Positions 51,476-61,260 of a stretch of DNA of 64,000 nucleotides are shown piece after piece. Position numbers and translations under genes: made by a program. Source of the DNA: Promethearchaeota archaeon (GTDB lineage Archaea > Asgardarchaeota > Lokiarchaeia > Sigyniarchaeales > SOKP01). Position 1 is the first letter of the stretch; the number at the start of each line of letters is the position of its first letter. The notes beneath the pieces were generated by a model. That model had not been told where the DNA came from, made no database searches, and saw only the letters and a list, made by a program, of their open reading frames with translations. The stretch is from contig JAEOTA010000018.1 of assembly GCA_016840085.1 (NCBI GenBank), positions 32,001 to 96,000 on the forward strand, in the 5' to 3' direction.

Positions 51476-51787
51476 TTATTCTTTATTTACAGAAATAGGA
51501 TTTAATCTTAAATGATCTTTCCCAATTATTAAGGTTTTTTTTGATCTCCCCAATTTAAGTTCCACCAAATAACAACGCCCTCTTTGACCTATAACTGTCC
51601 CTGTGCGACCATGATATCTGGAATGAGGCATTCCACGCACATGAACAGAGGGATCGGTAATTATATCTACTTTATCATTGATTTTGTAATCTATCAGATA
51701 TTTTTCAACTGAACCTAACCCTCTTTTGCGAACATTTTTCCTGTGCTTGTGTCTAGTCTTTTTTCTATACCCTTTATGGAGAGTAAT
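51476..51787 (-). CDS. rpl21e: Ribosomal protein eL21 with non-canonical ATT start (not in ORF track)
   Basis: HKGYRKKTRH...DKVDIITDPSVHVRGMPHSRYHGRTGTVIGQRGRCY...HLRL; lies between pus10 and rpoF. Confidence 0.95.
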   Translation of the reverse strand: MTLHKGYRKKTRHKHRKNVRKRGLGSVEKYLIDYKINDKVDIITDPSVHVRGMPHSRYHGRTGTVIGQRGRCYLVELKLGRSKKTLIIGKDHLRLNPISVNKE

Positions 51788-51879
51788 AATAATACACCAA
51801 ATATTTAGTTTAATAGAAGTATGAATAATAGTTTATTTATTTTTTGATTTTATATCTATGTAAATATCAAAAACAGAAC

Positions 51880-53244
51880 TTAAAGAAGGATTTTTAATAC
51901 ATCTAATTCTTTACATAATAAATCTGTTTTAAAGATTTCAGAAAATGATGGAGAAGTGCGTCCTTCATCACCATTAATGAGTTCTTTTATATAAGTGCCC
52001 CCTTGAGTTTCGATTGTAAATTCAAATAAATTCGACTTAAGATACTTTCCTTCAATTTTAAAAACAAATTTTTCTCTAATTCTATCACTACGACGATGAG
52101 ATACGCGATAAGGTGTTCTTTGTTTGATTTCTTGATTTTCAAATATTCGTTTCAGTTCATTTACTTTTTCTTCAAAAATCTCCTTAGATATCTTATCTTG
52201 AGTACTTACTAATGCTCTATAAATCTTTCTTATATTCTTTGATTCTGCTTTAAGTAAGATTACTTCTTTTTTATTGGTATATCTTAAATCATGAATTTTT
52301 ATTTTTTTTTTACTCTTTTTATTAATTTTTTTTTCACTTTTAACTAAATCAAGATTTCTGATTTTAGGATTTCTTAATTCTAAAATAAAAGGCCTCCCTG
52401 TACCCAACATTCTAACATCTATATCTTCTCTTCCAGCACCATGAAATTTAGAACTCGATGCTTTTGATTCTTTAAGGAATTCTGGACTAATTAACTCTTC
52501 CACACTCGTTAAATATTGTTTCCCCGTAAAATTACATAATTTACATCCGTTTCCCATACAATTTTTACAAAACCAATGAGTTTGGGGTATTCCTCGAATA
52601 AGTTTATTATATTTTCCAAATATGAAAAGAGATTTTAGTTTTAATTCTATATCAAATGAATCGAAACTCAGAGAAAAAATAATTAATATATCTGGATTGT
52701 TAAATTCAGGAGGCTTTTCAATTGAAATCATCAATTCCTTTCCTAAAACACGATTAAAATGACTCTTAAAAGATTCAGCTTCTAAAATATTGAATTCTGT
52801 TTTAAAATTATCTGCTTGATTTACTATTTGAGCTAGGGGTCTTGTACCAACCAAAAAGGTTTCAAATTCAATTTCTTTAAGCTTTTGTTTTGTTTTTTCA
52901 ATAAACTCATCAATATGTGAAAAAATATTATGACATAAATAACAAATAGGATTTAAATCATTCTTTTCATATTCAAATCCTTCGTTTTGTAACACTTTTT
53001 GAGCAGGTAAAAAATTCGCATTCTCAGCTAATAATTTCAAACTTTCCAATGCTTTTTCTTGTTCTGTTTCGTTATTAGATAAAAATTTTCTATGATTTTC
53101 CATAGTTAATGAGAGTAATAATGAACTACCTCTTTCTTGGTTCGTGGTATGAGACCCTAGAAGAGAAAACTGTCGACCTAAACACGCAGGACATATGAAG
53201 TATTTTTGGTAGATCTTTAAAACTTTGTCAAAAATCATGTTCAC
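51880..53244 (-). CDS. pus10: tRNA pseudouridine(54/55) synthase Pus10
   Basis: CPACLGRQF, RGIPQTHW, FHGAGREDIDVRMLGTGRPF, GGTYIKELI. Confidence 0.96.
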   Translation of the reverse strand: MNMIFDKVLKIYQKYFICPACLGRQFSLLGSHTTNQERGSSLLLSLTMENHRKFLSNNETEQEKALESLKLLAENANFLPAQKVLQNEGFEYEKNDLNPICYLCHNIFSHIDEFIEKTKQKLKEIEFETFLVGTRPLAQIVNQADNFKTEFNILEAESFKSHFNRVLGKELMISIEKPPEFNNPDILIIFSLSFDSFDIELKLKSLFIFGKYNKLIRGIPQTHWFCKNCMGNGCKLCNFTGKQYLTSVEELISPEFLKESKASSSKFHGAGREDIDVRMLGTGRPFILELRNPKIRNLDLVKSEKKINKKSKKKIKIHDLRYTNKKEVILLKAESKNIRKIYRALVSTQDKISKEIFEEKVNELKRIFENQEIKQRTPYRVSHRRSDRIREKFVFKIEGKYLKSNLFEFTIETQGGTYIKELINGDEGRTSPSFSEIFKTDLLCKELDVLKILL

Positions 53245-53429
53245 ATAAAATAAATTGTTTATTCTTTATTGATTTTATTTAATTTTAAGAGAAAATGTGT
53301 TTTAAAAAAATTTTAAAAGAAAAATTTATTTTCCTATATAATTTTAATTTACAATACCTATAGGAAATAAAACAATACTATTTACGCTAATTTTATATTA
53401 TTTTAATAATCAATATTGGAGAATATTAA

Positions 53430-53663
53430 ATGTCTAAAAGGATGAGAGGGATTGTTAAGTGGTTTGCCGCAAAGAAGGGCTATGGGTTCATAACTGTTGA
53501 GGGTCAAGAAGATATTTTTGTACATTTTTCTAATATCGATATGGACAGTTTTAAAAAACTTGATATGGGGGATGAAGTAGAATTTGAAATCAAGGATTCT
53601 AAAGAAGGAAAAGGACCTGAGGCATTAAACGTTAAAATAGTATCAAAAGATAGGAGATATTAA
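53430..53663 (+). CDS. Cold-shock domain protein
   Basis: GIVKWF..KKGYGFI, DIFVHFS, GPEALNV. Confidence 0.95.
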   Translation: MSKRMRGIVKWFAAKKGYGFITVEGQEDIFVHFSNIDMDSFKKLDMGDEVEFEIKDSKEGKGPEALNVKIVSKDRRY

Positions 53664-53770
53664 ATTTTCCTGTAAATTATCAAGTAAGTCAATTTCACTC
53701 TTTTTATTTTATAAGGCCTAAGCTATAAAGAGATAAAAATTAAAAAAAAAAAAAAAGAAATTAGTTTTGT

Positions 53771-55153
53771 TTATTCAATTTTTCGTTCTTTTTTCTCCCA
53801 ATCAAAATCCAATTTAACATATTTTTTTGTATAGAGGTAAGATACAAGTAAAATGATAGAGACGATAGGGCCAAATATGGCTAAACCTATTGAATATTCT
53901 GCGTCCACAGCTCCTGTGGGATTAACAAGTGGTAATGACAAAATAGAACCGATGAAAAATGCGCCTGCAGCTTGAAAGAGATTAAGTATAATTGAAGGAA
54001 ATCCTGCATATATTCCTGCTTTTAATTCTCCTGTAGTTTTTTCATCATCTTCTGCTACATCAGCATATACAATATAAGGGAATAAGAACCACCCTCCTAG
54101 AATTGCACCTATACCAATAATAAAAATTATACCCAACACTAAATATGATTCCATTGGGATTAATCCTAACAAAGAGATTGGCATAAAAACTACTGCTGCA
54201 ATAAAAACATATAATAGAGTCTGTTTCTTTCCCCTTTTTTGTATTAATCTTCTCCATAAATATAGAAATATGAAAATGGATAGAAGAAGAGCTACAGCGG
54301 CAATAATGTAATCCATAGTACCCATACTTAAGGCATCTTGAAGATATTTTAACATAGTTGTAGCTACCATAGACCAACCTAAACCCGATATACCAACCAT
54401 AAGAACAATCAACATAAAATTCTTGTTTTTTACAATGATCTTCAAATTTTCAATTAAGTTTGATTTGATTTCATAGTAGGGTTCAGTTGGCATCTTAAAA
54501 GCAATGATATAAAATAAGACAATCGTTAAAATACCAAATCCAAAGATAGAAATACTTATACTTGATGGAATTGGAATGTTTAGATCTACTGCTCCGTCTA
54601 AAGCATCAATATAACTTGTAAGAACAATCATTGAGAAAAGAGCCATTATCCCATTTCCAAGATAATTAAAAGTATTTTGAAATTGAGAGACTTTTGGGCG
54701 TTCTTCTACAGGGAATTCTTCTGCCATCCAAGCTTGATAAGGTGTTGTGACTGCATAACTAGCTCTAAAAATTATCTCCCATATTAGCATCCATATAAAT
54801 AGTGTTCCTGTATCGTTTAAATCAAGTACTAATCCGGGTAAGATTAAGAAAATAATTGAAATTCCTAATAGAGGGGCAAAAACTATTATATATGGTTTTC
54901 GTCTACCCCATTTCGTATATTTAGCATCACTAATCCATCCTAATAAAAACTGTGAGAGAGCAATAGTTAAATAACCCATGGCAATGGCAAATCCGGCGAG
55001 AAAAGGGTGTAATCCATAGCCACTTGTATAGAGTGTAAGTAGTGCCCATCCTTCTATCCCCAATACTATAGAAGTGCCTATTCTTGGAGATCCAAAGAGT
55101 ACTTTCCTACCACGGCTTGTTTCTTCCCTCCTAATTTCTTCTGATTCACTCAT
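53771..55153 (-). CDS. MFS transporter, GPH/MelB-like
   Basis: GWISD..TKWGRRKPY, PYQAWMAE, ADVAE; about 12 TM helices. Confidence 0.9.
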   Translation of the reverse strand: MSESEEIRREETSRGRKVLFGSPRIGTSIVLGIEGWALLTLYTSGYGLHPFLAGFAIAMGYLTIALSQFLLGWISDAKYTKWGRRKPYIIVFAPLLGISIIFLILPGLVLDLNDTGTLFIWMLIWEIIFRASYAVTTPYQAWMAEEFPVEERPKVSQFQNTFNYLGNGIMALFSMIVLTSYIDALDGAVDLNIPIPSSISISIFGFGILTIVLFYIIAFKMPTEPYYEIKSNLIENLKIIVKNKNFMLIVLMVGISGLGWSMVATTMLKYLQDALSMGTMDYIIAAVALLLSIFIFLYLWRRLIQKRGKKQTLLYVFIAAVVFMPISLLGLIPMESYLVLGIIFIIGIGAILGGWFLFPYIVYADVAEDDEKTTGELKAGIYAGFPSIILNLFQAAGAFFIGSILSLPLVNPTGAVDAEYSIGLAIFGPIVSIILLVSYLYTKKYVKLDFDWEKKERKIE

Positions 55154-55325
55154 TTCATTTCACGATTATTTTAATTTTTAGAATTTTTAAGTATAATTTT
55201 GATTATGTATAGATTAGAGAAAACCTTATTTAAAAGTTTTTAACGATATAAAGATGAATATATAAAATCTACTTAAAAACAATACATAGAATGAATTTTG
55301 AAATTATCTTTGCTAATATTAAATT

Positions 55326-56321
55326 TTAATCTTCTTCTTCATCCCATCCAAGGTCTTTTAATACAGAGCCCAATGCCTCCGATTCTTCTTCTAATACAAA
55401 TTCAGTATCATATTCAGAAGCTGAAAATTCTGTATCAAAATCTGGAGGTGACAATTCATCCAATGAGGGGAGGGGAGTTCCTGAAGGAGTTAATTCCTCA
55501 GTAGGAGTAGGTAGTTCTTCAGTAGGTGTAGGTTGTTCAGAAACCGGTTCTTCTTCGATTTCCATAGGTGTGTAATCTTCGAGGGGGATTGGGGGCACTT
55601 CATCATCATACACCTTAAATTCGAGATGTGTTTCATCAACGGAACTTTCAGAAATTTGTGGAATAGCAGGTACCGCTGCTGCTTTTACTTCTTTATCAAT
55701 TCCAAGTCCAATAGACTTTGGAATTGAGACAATGCCACTTTCAGTCGAAGCTTCAAGTTCTTCAAATTCAACACCTTCTTTTTCCCAATCGTCTAAAAAG
55801 CCTAATAAATCATCTAAAGCAGCTTTATCTTGTTCAACTGAGGGTTTTATTATAGCTTTAGCTTCTTCCATTTCTTTTTGCTCTTGAATTTTTTCTAGCT
55901 CTCTTGTTTCTAATGAAAGCATCATTTCAGTTTCTTTATCTCCAGAAAGAAGTCTGTTTAACTTTCTAGCTAATTCTCTCAAATATCCTAAATAATAACC
56001 AATTCGATAAATAGCTCTTAATCCTCCAAAAACTATGAAATCATCATTTATAGCCATTAAAATACTATATCCAGAAGTATTATGTAAAATAATTTCTGTT
56101 AGAGCTCCATGGTCAGTGGCTTGATTTAATCTTAACCCTAAGTCAATTAAAGCTGTGCTAGAGGCGGAAGTTGCATCAGCATCTTCTTCTGAAGTGACAG
56201 CACTAACTATTTTAGTTCCTATTCTTGATAAAACAGCTAAATTCTCCAAATCTGTTTTATCTTCTTCTTCTTTTAAGGTATACATCATTTTCTGTCGTAT
56301 GTCACCAGGAATTGTCGACAT
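55326..56321 (-). CDS. Roadblock/LC7-domain protein with long acidic disordered tail
   Basis: N-terminal ~120 aa roadblock pattern (AVLSRIG...SASSTALIDLG...GALTEIIL..GYSILM...IG), then an E/P-rich tail. Confidence 0.75.
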   Translation of the reverse strand: MSTIPGDIRQKMMYTLKEEEDKTDLENLAVLSRIGTKIVSAVTSEEDADATSASSTALIDLGLRLNQATDHGALTEIILHNTSGYSILMAINDDFIVFGGLRAIYRIGYYLGYLRELARKLNRLLSGDKETEMMLSLETRELEKIQEQKEMEEAKAIIKPSVEQDKAALDDLLGFLDDWEKEGVEFEELEASTESGIVSIPKSIGLGIDKEVKAAAVPAIPQISESSVDETHLEFKVYDDEVPPIPLEDYTPMEIEEEPVSEQPTPTEELPTPTEELTPSGTPLPSLDELSPPDFDTEFSASEYDTEFVLEEESEALGSVLKDLGWDEEED

Positions 56322-56419
56322 TTTTAATACCTCAATAATGTATAATAAAATTGAACAAGATTCTTTGTAAAGATTTATGTATTAATAGAATGTCTGTTTT
56401 AATATATTTTATCATTATC

Positions 56420-57136
56420 TTATTTTAGGAACTTTTTTAAGTTCATTTGAGTAGTAGAAGGCTGTTTTATTTTTTCAAAAGTATATCCAGATAAATCAGT
56501 AAGAATTTTCTTAATTTTATTAATAATTTCTTCTAAAGCTAACTCATTTGTGTCAATTGTAAACACATTTTTTCGAGTTGAAAAATATTGTTCATAGAAA
56601 GAGAGAATTTTCAATAAATATTTTTTATCATCTTCATTCCATTCTCTTCTAATTCGCTCTAATGAGCCTCTTTGAATTATCCGTTTCAATATAGTATCAG
56701 GTTCTGCAGTTAAAAATATAGTATAATCTTCTTTCCATATAATAGAATTATAAGTATCTAAAATGAGATTAAAATCTTTCTCCTTCAAATTCAAGCTTTT
56801 TGAATATATAAGCACACATATAGGAGTTCTATCCAAGATAATGATTCTTCCATTATATCTATTATCAAAATTCATAATATTTTGATTTCTTTTAATAAAT
56901 TGTTGAAGGAAATGAAGTTCACTCCTAAAACTAATCTGTTTATTAGATGATCCAAAAGGAAAAGGAGGTTTTTTCACATATCTTTCAGGAAAAAATTTAA
57001 ATTTATTATTATCTTTAATCATCTTGGAATTTCTAATAAGATTGAATACAGTTGTTTTTCCTACTCCATGCGCACCGGCAAGGGAAATAACAATATTGTC
57101 CTTACTTCCCTTATTTCTATAAAAGGTTTTACTCAA
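56420..57136 (-). CDS. Deoxynucleoside/thymidylate kinase-family P-loop protein
   Basis: GAHGVGKTT, ILDRTP, RIIQRG lid. Confidence 0.8.
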   Translation of the reverse strand: MSKTFYRNKGSKDNIVISLAGAHGVGKTTVFNLIRNSKMIKDNNKFKFFPERYVKKPPFPFGSSNKQISFRSELHFLQQFIKRNQNIMNFDNRYNGRIIILDRTPICVLIYSKSLNLKEKDFNLILDTYNSIIWKEDYTIFLTAEPDTILKRIIQRGSLERIRREWNEDDKKYLLKILSFYEQYFSTRKNVFTIDTNELALEEIINKIKKILTDLSGYTFEKIKQPSTTQMNLKKFLK

Positions 57137-57266
57137 TCCTATATACTCCTAATCGATGAAGCTTTATCGTGTAAAACAAATAATAGTATTTAATATTAAT
57201 TCTAGAGAGATTATTGATTTTCTTATTATTAAAATTTTATATTTAAGGTATAATGAAAAGTTAAAA

Positions 57267-58337
57267 TTAAAGATAAATAAATAAAATTAAAAGAATATTA
57301 TATGAAATATTTGCTATGATAGTGCTAATAATGTTTCTATTCGTTAATTCAAAGATTGCTCCTAATACTATAAATGCTAAGAAATTCAGCAGGAAAAAAC
57401 TCGGATAATAAAATAATAACATTAACGCAGAATAAGCTAACGCTACTATAAGAATCACATATGGGTCTTTATTAAACTTTTGTTTCAATGCATTATGCAA
57501 TACCCCTCTAAATACGATTTCAGAAGAAGCTGCTCCAATACAGAGTAAAACTACTAGTAGGATTACCCAAATTAAATCAGCATCTCTAATAACTTGATTC
57601 TGTTCAGCTATATTTGTTTCAATATCAAAAAGATCTAACCCTATATCAGAGAAAAAAGTAATTATAGAATTAGAAAAGAAATTAACTAATACTAAAAGAG
57701 CTGCTCCTAATATTCCAAATATGACAGAGAGTAAGATTTTTTTTGAAGCGAAATCAAATCCTATTTTTTTAAAACTATGTTTTTTAGAATAGATATACCA
57801 AATTGGATATATAGCAAATAATAATTCGGGAAGTTGACTTAATAGGAACATGTGAATAGTTAATTCTACTGAAGTTGAACCACCTTGAAATGTTAGAATA
57901 GTAAAAAGTAAGAAAAAAACAATTACGTAGACATAGACACTCGTTACAGAAACATTTATGCCTTCTCTCAAATTCCATGTGTCCTTTTTTAATATAAATT
58001 TAGTTTCAAGTTCAAGTTTTTTATTTGTAAATATTAATCCAGGCTTTTTTTGAATTGCTATTTTCTTTGCTTCAGAAATCTTTTCTAATACCGTATTACA
58101 TATTGGACACTGGTCTAAAATCGTAGATGTAATAATAGATCCGCAACCAGGACATTTTCGTGAGATTGTCATCTTTTCCGGGGCGATGACTCTGGGTTTT
58201 GTCTCTAATTGAGTCGATTCTTTACTCGGTTGTAATTTAATAATTAATTTACCGCAATTAGGACAGTAGATCTCATCCTTAGGAACATTCGCTCCGCAAT
58301 ATACACAATACTTAATTTTTCCTTCGTTATTTGACAT
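57267..58337 (-). CDS. Double zinc ribbon + CPBP-like membrane protein (probably degenerate protease)
   Basis: CVYCG..CPNCG, CPGCG..CPIC, SEIVFRG; the His ligands of CPBP appear to be missing. Confidence 0.8.
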   Translation of the reverse strand: MSNNEGKIKYCVYCGANVPKDEIYCPNCGKLIIKLQPSKESTQLETKPRVIAPEKMTISRKCPGCGSIITSTILDQCPICNTVLEKISEAKKIAIQKKPGLIFTNKKLELETKFILKKDTWNLREGINVSVTSVYVYVIVFFLLFTILTFQGGSTSVELTIHMFLLSQLPELLFAIYPIWYIYSKKHSFKKIGFDFASKKILLSVIFGILGAALLVLVNFFSNSIITFFSDIGLDLFDIETNIAEQNQVIRDADLIWVILLVVLLCIGAASSEIVFRGVLHNALKQKFNKDPYVILIVALAYSALMLLFYYPSFFLLNFLAFIVLGAIFELTNRNIISTIIANISYNILLILFIYL

Positions 58338-58500
58338 TTTTTAACAATTATATTAAAAACACTATTACGCCAGAAATTAGTAAAAGGCTTTTTAATTTTA
58401 TAATTTTGTTTAATATATTAACAAGGGATTAAATAATTTTTGTTTATATTTTTATTAGTAATCAATAACCAAGTTTAATTAGATTTTCTTTGAACCGTAA

Positions 58501-58583
58501 GGAAAGAGTATGAAGAGCATTTCATTTCGAAAAACCTGACTGTGTTCCAATGTCTTGTATGAGATTGAGTACTGATTTTTTCC
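58501..58583 (+). ncRNA. Candidate box C/D small RNA
   Basis: C box-like ATGAAGA 58510-58516, CTGA 58536-58539, TGTATGA C'-like, D box CTGA 58572-58575, terminal stem GGAAAGAG/TTTTTTCC. Confidence 0.45.
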
Positions 58584-58716
58584 CTATTACACAATTTCCA
58601 CTCCAGAAATGGCAACCTAAAATTTTTCCACCTCATATTCCTGTAAATTCAATTGGAAAACTACTATATAGTGGAATAACGTTCTTAATATTTGAATTTC
58701 AAAAAGTAAATATTAG

Positions 58717-59994
58717 TCACGTATTTTTATTCAGATTAAAGTTTTTTAAATTTTTTTTTGTAATGTTGTATAATTCCATAAGTAAAAGCCCATGATAATA
58801 AGAGATTGAATCAAAATATCCTTCTCCTAAATCTGATTTGCCAGCATGAACTAAAGCCATTTGAGCATTAAGTGCTGCTCTCATTAGTAATTCCACTCCC
58901 TTATAAATCAAATTGGGACTCCATATGCCACTTTGTGGATTCGACCACCAAACTGGGCAAGAATAAATACCTTGATCATAAAAATACCTAGCTGTGTTAT
59001 AATAATTTTCTACTTCCCAATCTAAGGTTAAATCTATCTTATCTGCTAAGTTCATCAAATTATTAAGACTTTTCATAAGTTTCCAATAATATTTATGAAC
59101 ATTATTATCTGGATGTTTCCATAATGGATAAGGAATCCCTGCCTGAATATCTTCATAGGTAGTACTCCAACTTGATTCCCGGGGTATGATTTTTTTATCA
59201 CTTATTGGAAAATGTTGATCAAGCTCTGAAATAAATAGCATGTTAATTTTTTCTTCCTCATAAATAAGATCTAACACTTTCTTTAGAAAGGTTTTTTCAT
59301 AATTTTTAATATGATGTCCGAAAGTTTCTGCGTCCATTCCAGTAATTACATATCTATCAATTTGTGTGGTTGATTTACTCTTTTCTTTTTTTTCTGGCTG
59401 GAAAATTTCTTTAATTGTTTTTACAAATTCTTTGGGTTTTATACTCTTAAAAGCGATCTTATTACTGAGAATATCGTCTCTAAAGAAAAGCTGTAATCCA
59501 TTAGGGGAGCAATAGATTTGATCATAAGGCCAATCGACTGGACAAGCGATACCGCTCATTATGACCCATTTGTATCCTAACTTCCGAATATATTTAGCAA
59601 CGCCTCCAGAGATTGCCATTTCTGGTGGAAAAAAGCCTTTTCTCTCCCAACGACCAAATTCTCTTCTGTTTATCTCTTCATTCATCTGAATTTGATGCTG
59701 AGTTTCTTTTTCAGGAATTAAAGGGAGGATTGGATGATATTTTGCTGTTCCCATTATTTCGATCTTACTTTCAGACACTAAATTCTTCAGTAATTCCATA
59801 GTATCTGATAATCCAAATTTATAAAACAATTCAATTAGAACTCCGTTAATATTTACACAAAATTTAGCATTCTCGTATTCCTCAAGTAGAGAAAATAAAG
59901 GTTTGTAGCATTCATTATCGATTCTTCTTAAAATTGTAAAATCCTGAGTGGGGGGTTGGTAGATGTGGAGACAGAAGCAAAGATAAGTTGTCAT
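58717..59994 (-). CDS. Glycoside hydrolase family 57 (amylase/amylopullulanase-like)
   Basis: HIYQP, YHPILPL, FFPPEM (nucleophile Glu), MDAETFGHH (acid/base Asp). Confidence 0.9.
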   Translation of the reverse strand: MTTYLCFCLHIYQPPTQDFTILRRIDNECYKPLFSLLEEYENAKFCVNINGVLIELFYKFGLSDTMELLKNLVSESKIEIMGTAKYHPILPLIPEKETQHQIQMNEEINRREFGRWERKGFFPPEMAISGGVAKYIRKLGYKWVIMSGIACPVDWPYDQIYCSPNGLQLFFRDDILSNKIAFKSIKPKEFVKTIKEIFQPEKKEKSKSTTQIDRYVITGMDAETFGHHIKNYEKTFLKKVLDLIYEEEKINMLFISELDQHFPISDKKIIPRESSWSTTYEDIQAGIPYPLWKHPDNNVHKYYWKLMKSLNNLMNLADKIDLTLDWEVENYYNTARYFYDQGIYSCPVWWSNPQSGIWSPNLIYKGVELLMRAALNAQMALVHAGKSDLGEGYFDSISYYHGLLLMELYNITKKNLKNFNLNKNT

Positions 59995-60117
59995 ATAACT
60001 TAATAACCTAGCTTAGAAATATATCTTTTTAATTATCAATAATATTAAATTAAAATTAGAATTATTCTAATAATATTTTTTCGTAAAATCTTACAGTTTT
60101 AATTTTAGTGATAAATA

Positions 60118-61236
60118 ATGAGTGAAATAAAATTTGGTCATCAATTATATTATCTTCATTCTTATGATTTTTTCCGAAAGAAAGTTTTAGCGGCAAGTAA
60201 AGAAAATTGGGATTCCCTTTGGCTTCCTGATCATCTAACTGGTATGGGTGGCACATTAATCGACGATTATTTAAGCCCTTGGGCACTATTTGGTGCAATG
60301 GCAGAATTAGTTAAAGGAAAAACTTTTGGAACCGCGGTTTCAGATCCTCATAGAATTCATCCCGCAGTCCTTGCACAGATATGTACCTCAATTAATCACC
60401 TCACAGACGGAAATTTTATTTTAGGGATTGGAGCAGGTGAAGCGATGAATTTAAAGGCTTATGGTATTCCGTCTGATCATGCACTTTCAAAAATGAGGGA
60501 ATCAATTAATTTTATGAAATTATTTTGGGAGAAAGGTAGAAATATTTCGTTTAAAGGACAACACTACAATGCAGAAAAAGCGATGCTAACCCCAAAACCC
60601 GTATCAGATATTCCTGTATGGATCGGAGCTAATAGTCCTAAAACATTAAATTTAACTGGAGAAATTGCGGATGGATGGATGCCTGTTGGAATTGATCACA
60701 TTACTTATAAACGAAAAAAGGAAAAAATTGTTACAGTATTGAAAAAAAAGGGAAGAGATTTGGATAAATTCTCATTCGGGTTGTTTCATTTTATTTTTAT
60801 AAATGATGATGAAAAAATAATCAACCAAAGAATACAAGGTAATAAATATGAATTATTGACGAATCCCCGAAGAATAAAGGAATTAGGATATTGGAAAGAT
60901 GAATATGAGGAATTATATCAAGATGTAACAGGATATAGAAGTGATGAAGTGAACATTTTAAAGATTGATCGAAATGATGTCGCGAGTTTTGATATTAGAA
61001 AATTAGATCCTATAATAAATGAAATTCCAGATGAGTTAATTCGTGAAAGTTTGATGATTGGAACAAAAGATCAAATTATTGAAAGAATTCGGAATTATGT
61101 AGATGCTGGTGCTGATCATTTTATATTTTCATCTCTTAATGGAGCTTCGAGTAAAAACGCACCATTTACTTACTGGGACGCTTCAAGAATAATAAGTGAA
61201 GAAATTATACCACTATTTAAAAATTCTAATGTCTAA
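60118..61236 (+). CDS. LLM-class (luciferase-like, possibly F420-dependent) oxidoreductase
   Basis: WLPDHL, HPAVLAQ, LGIGAGE, PVWIGA, ADGWMP. Confidence 0.9.
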   Translation: MSEIKFGHQLYYLHSYDFFRKKVLAASKENWDSLWLPDHLTGMGGTLIDDYLSPWALFGAMAELVKGKTFGTAVSDPHRIHPAVLAQICTSINHLTDGNFILGIGAGEAMNLKAYGIPSDHALSKMRESINFMKLFWEKGRNISFKGQHYNAEKAMLTPKPVSDIPVWIGANSPKTLNLTGEIADGWMPVGIDHITYKRKKEKIVTVLKKKGRDLDKFSFGLFHFIFINDDEKIINQRIQGNKYELLTNPRRIKELGYWKDEYEELYQDVTGYRSDEVNILKIDRNDVASFDIRKLDPIINEIPDELIRESLMIGTKDQIIERIRNYVDAGADHFIFSSLNGASSKNAPFTYWDASRIISEEIIPLFKNSNV

Positions 61237-61260
61237 AAATCGTTAATTTTTTTACCTTAT

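Noticed and set aside
58550-58795. 81-aa + strand ORF, and a ~53-aa - strand ORF in the same spacer
   Set aside because: No recognisable features; the + ORF overlaps the 3' end of GH57; cannot be supported.
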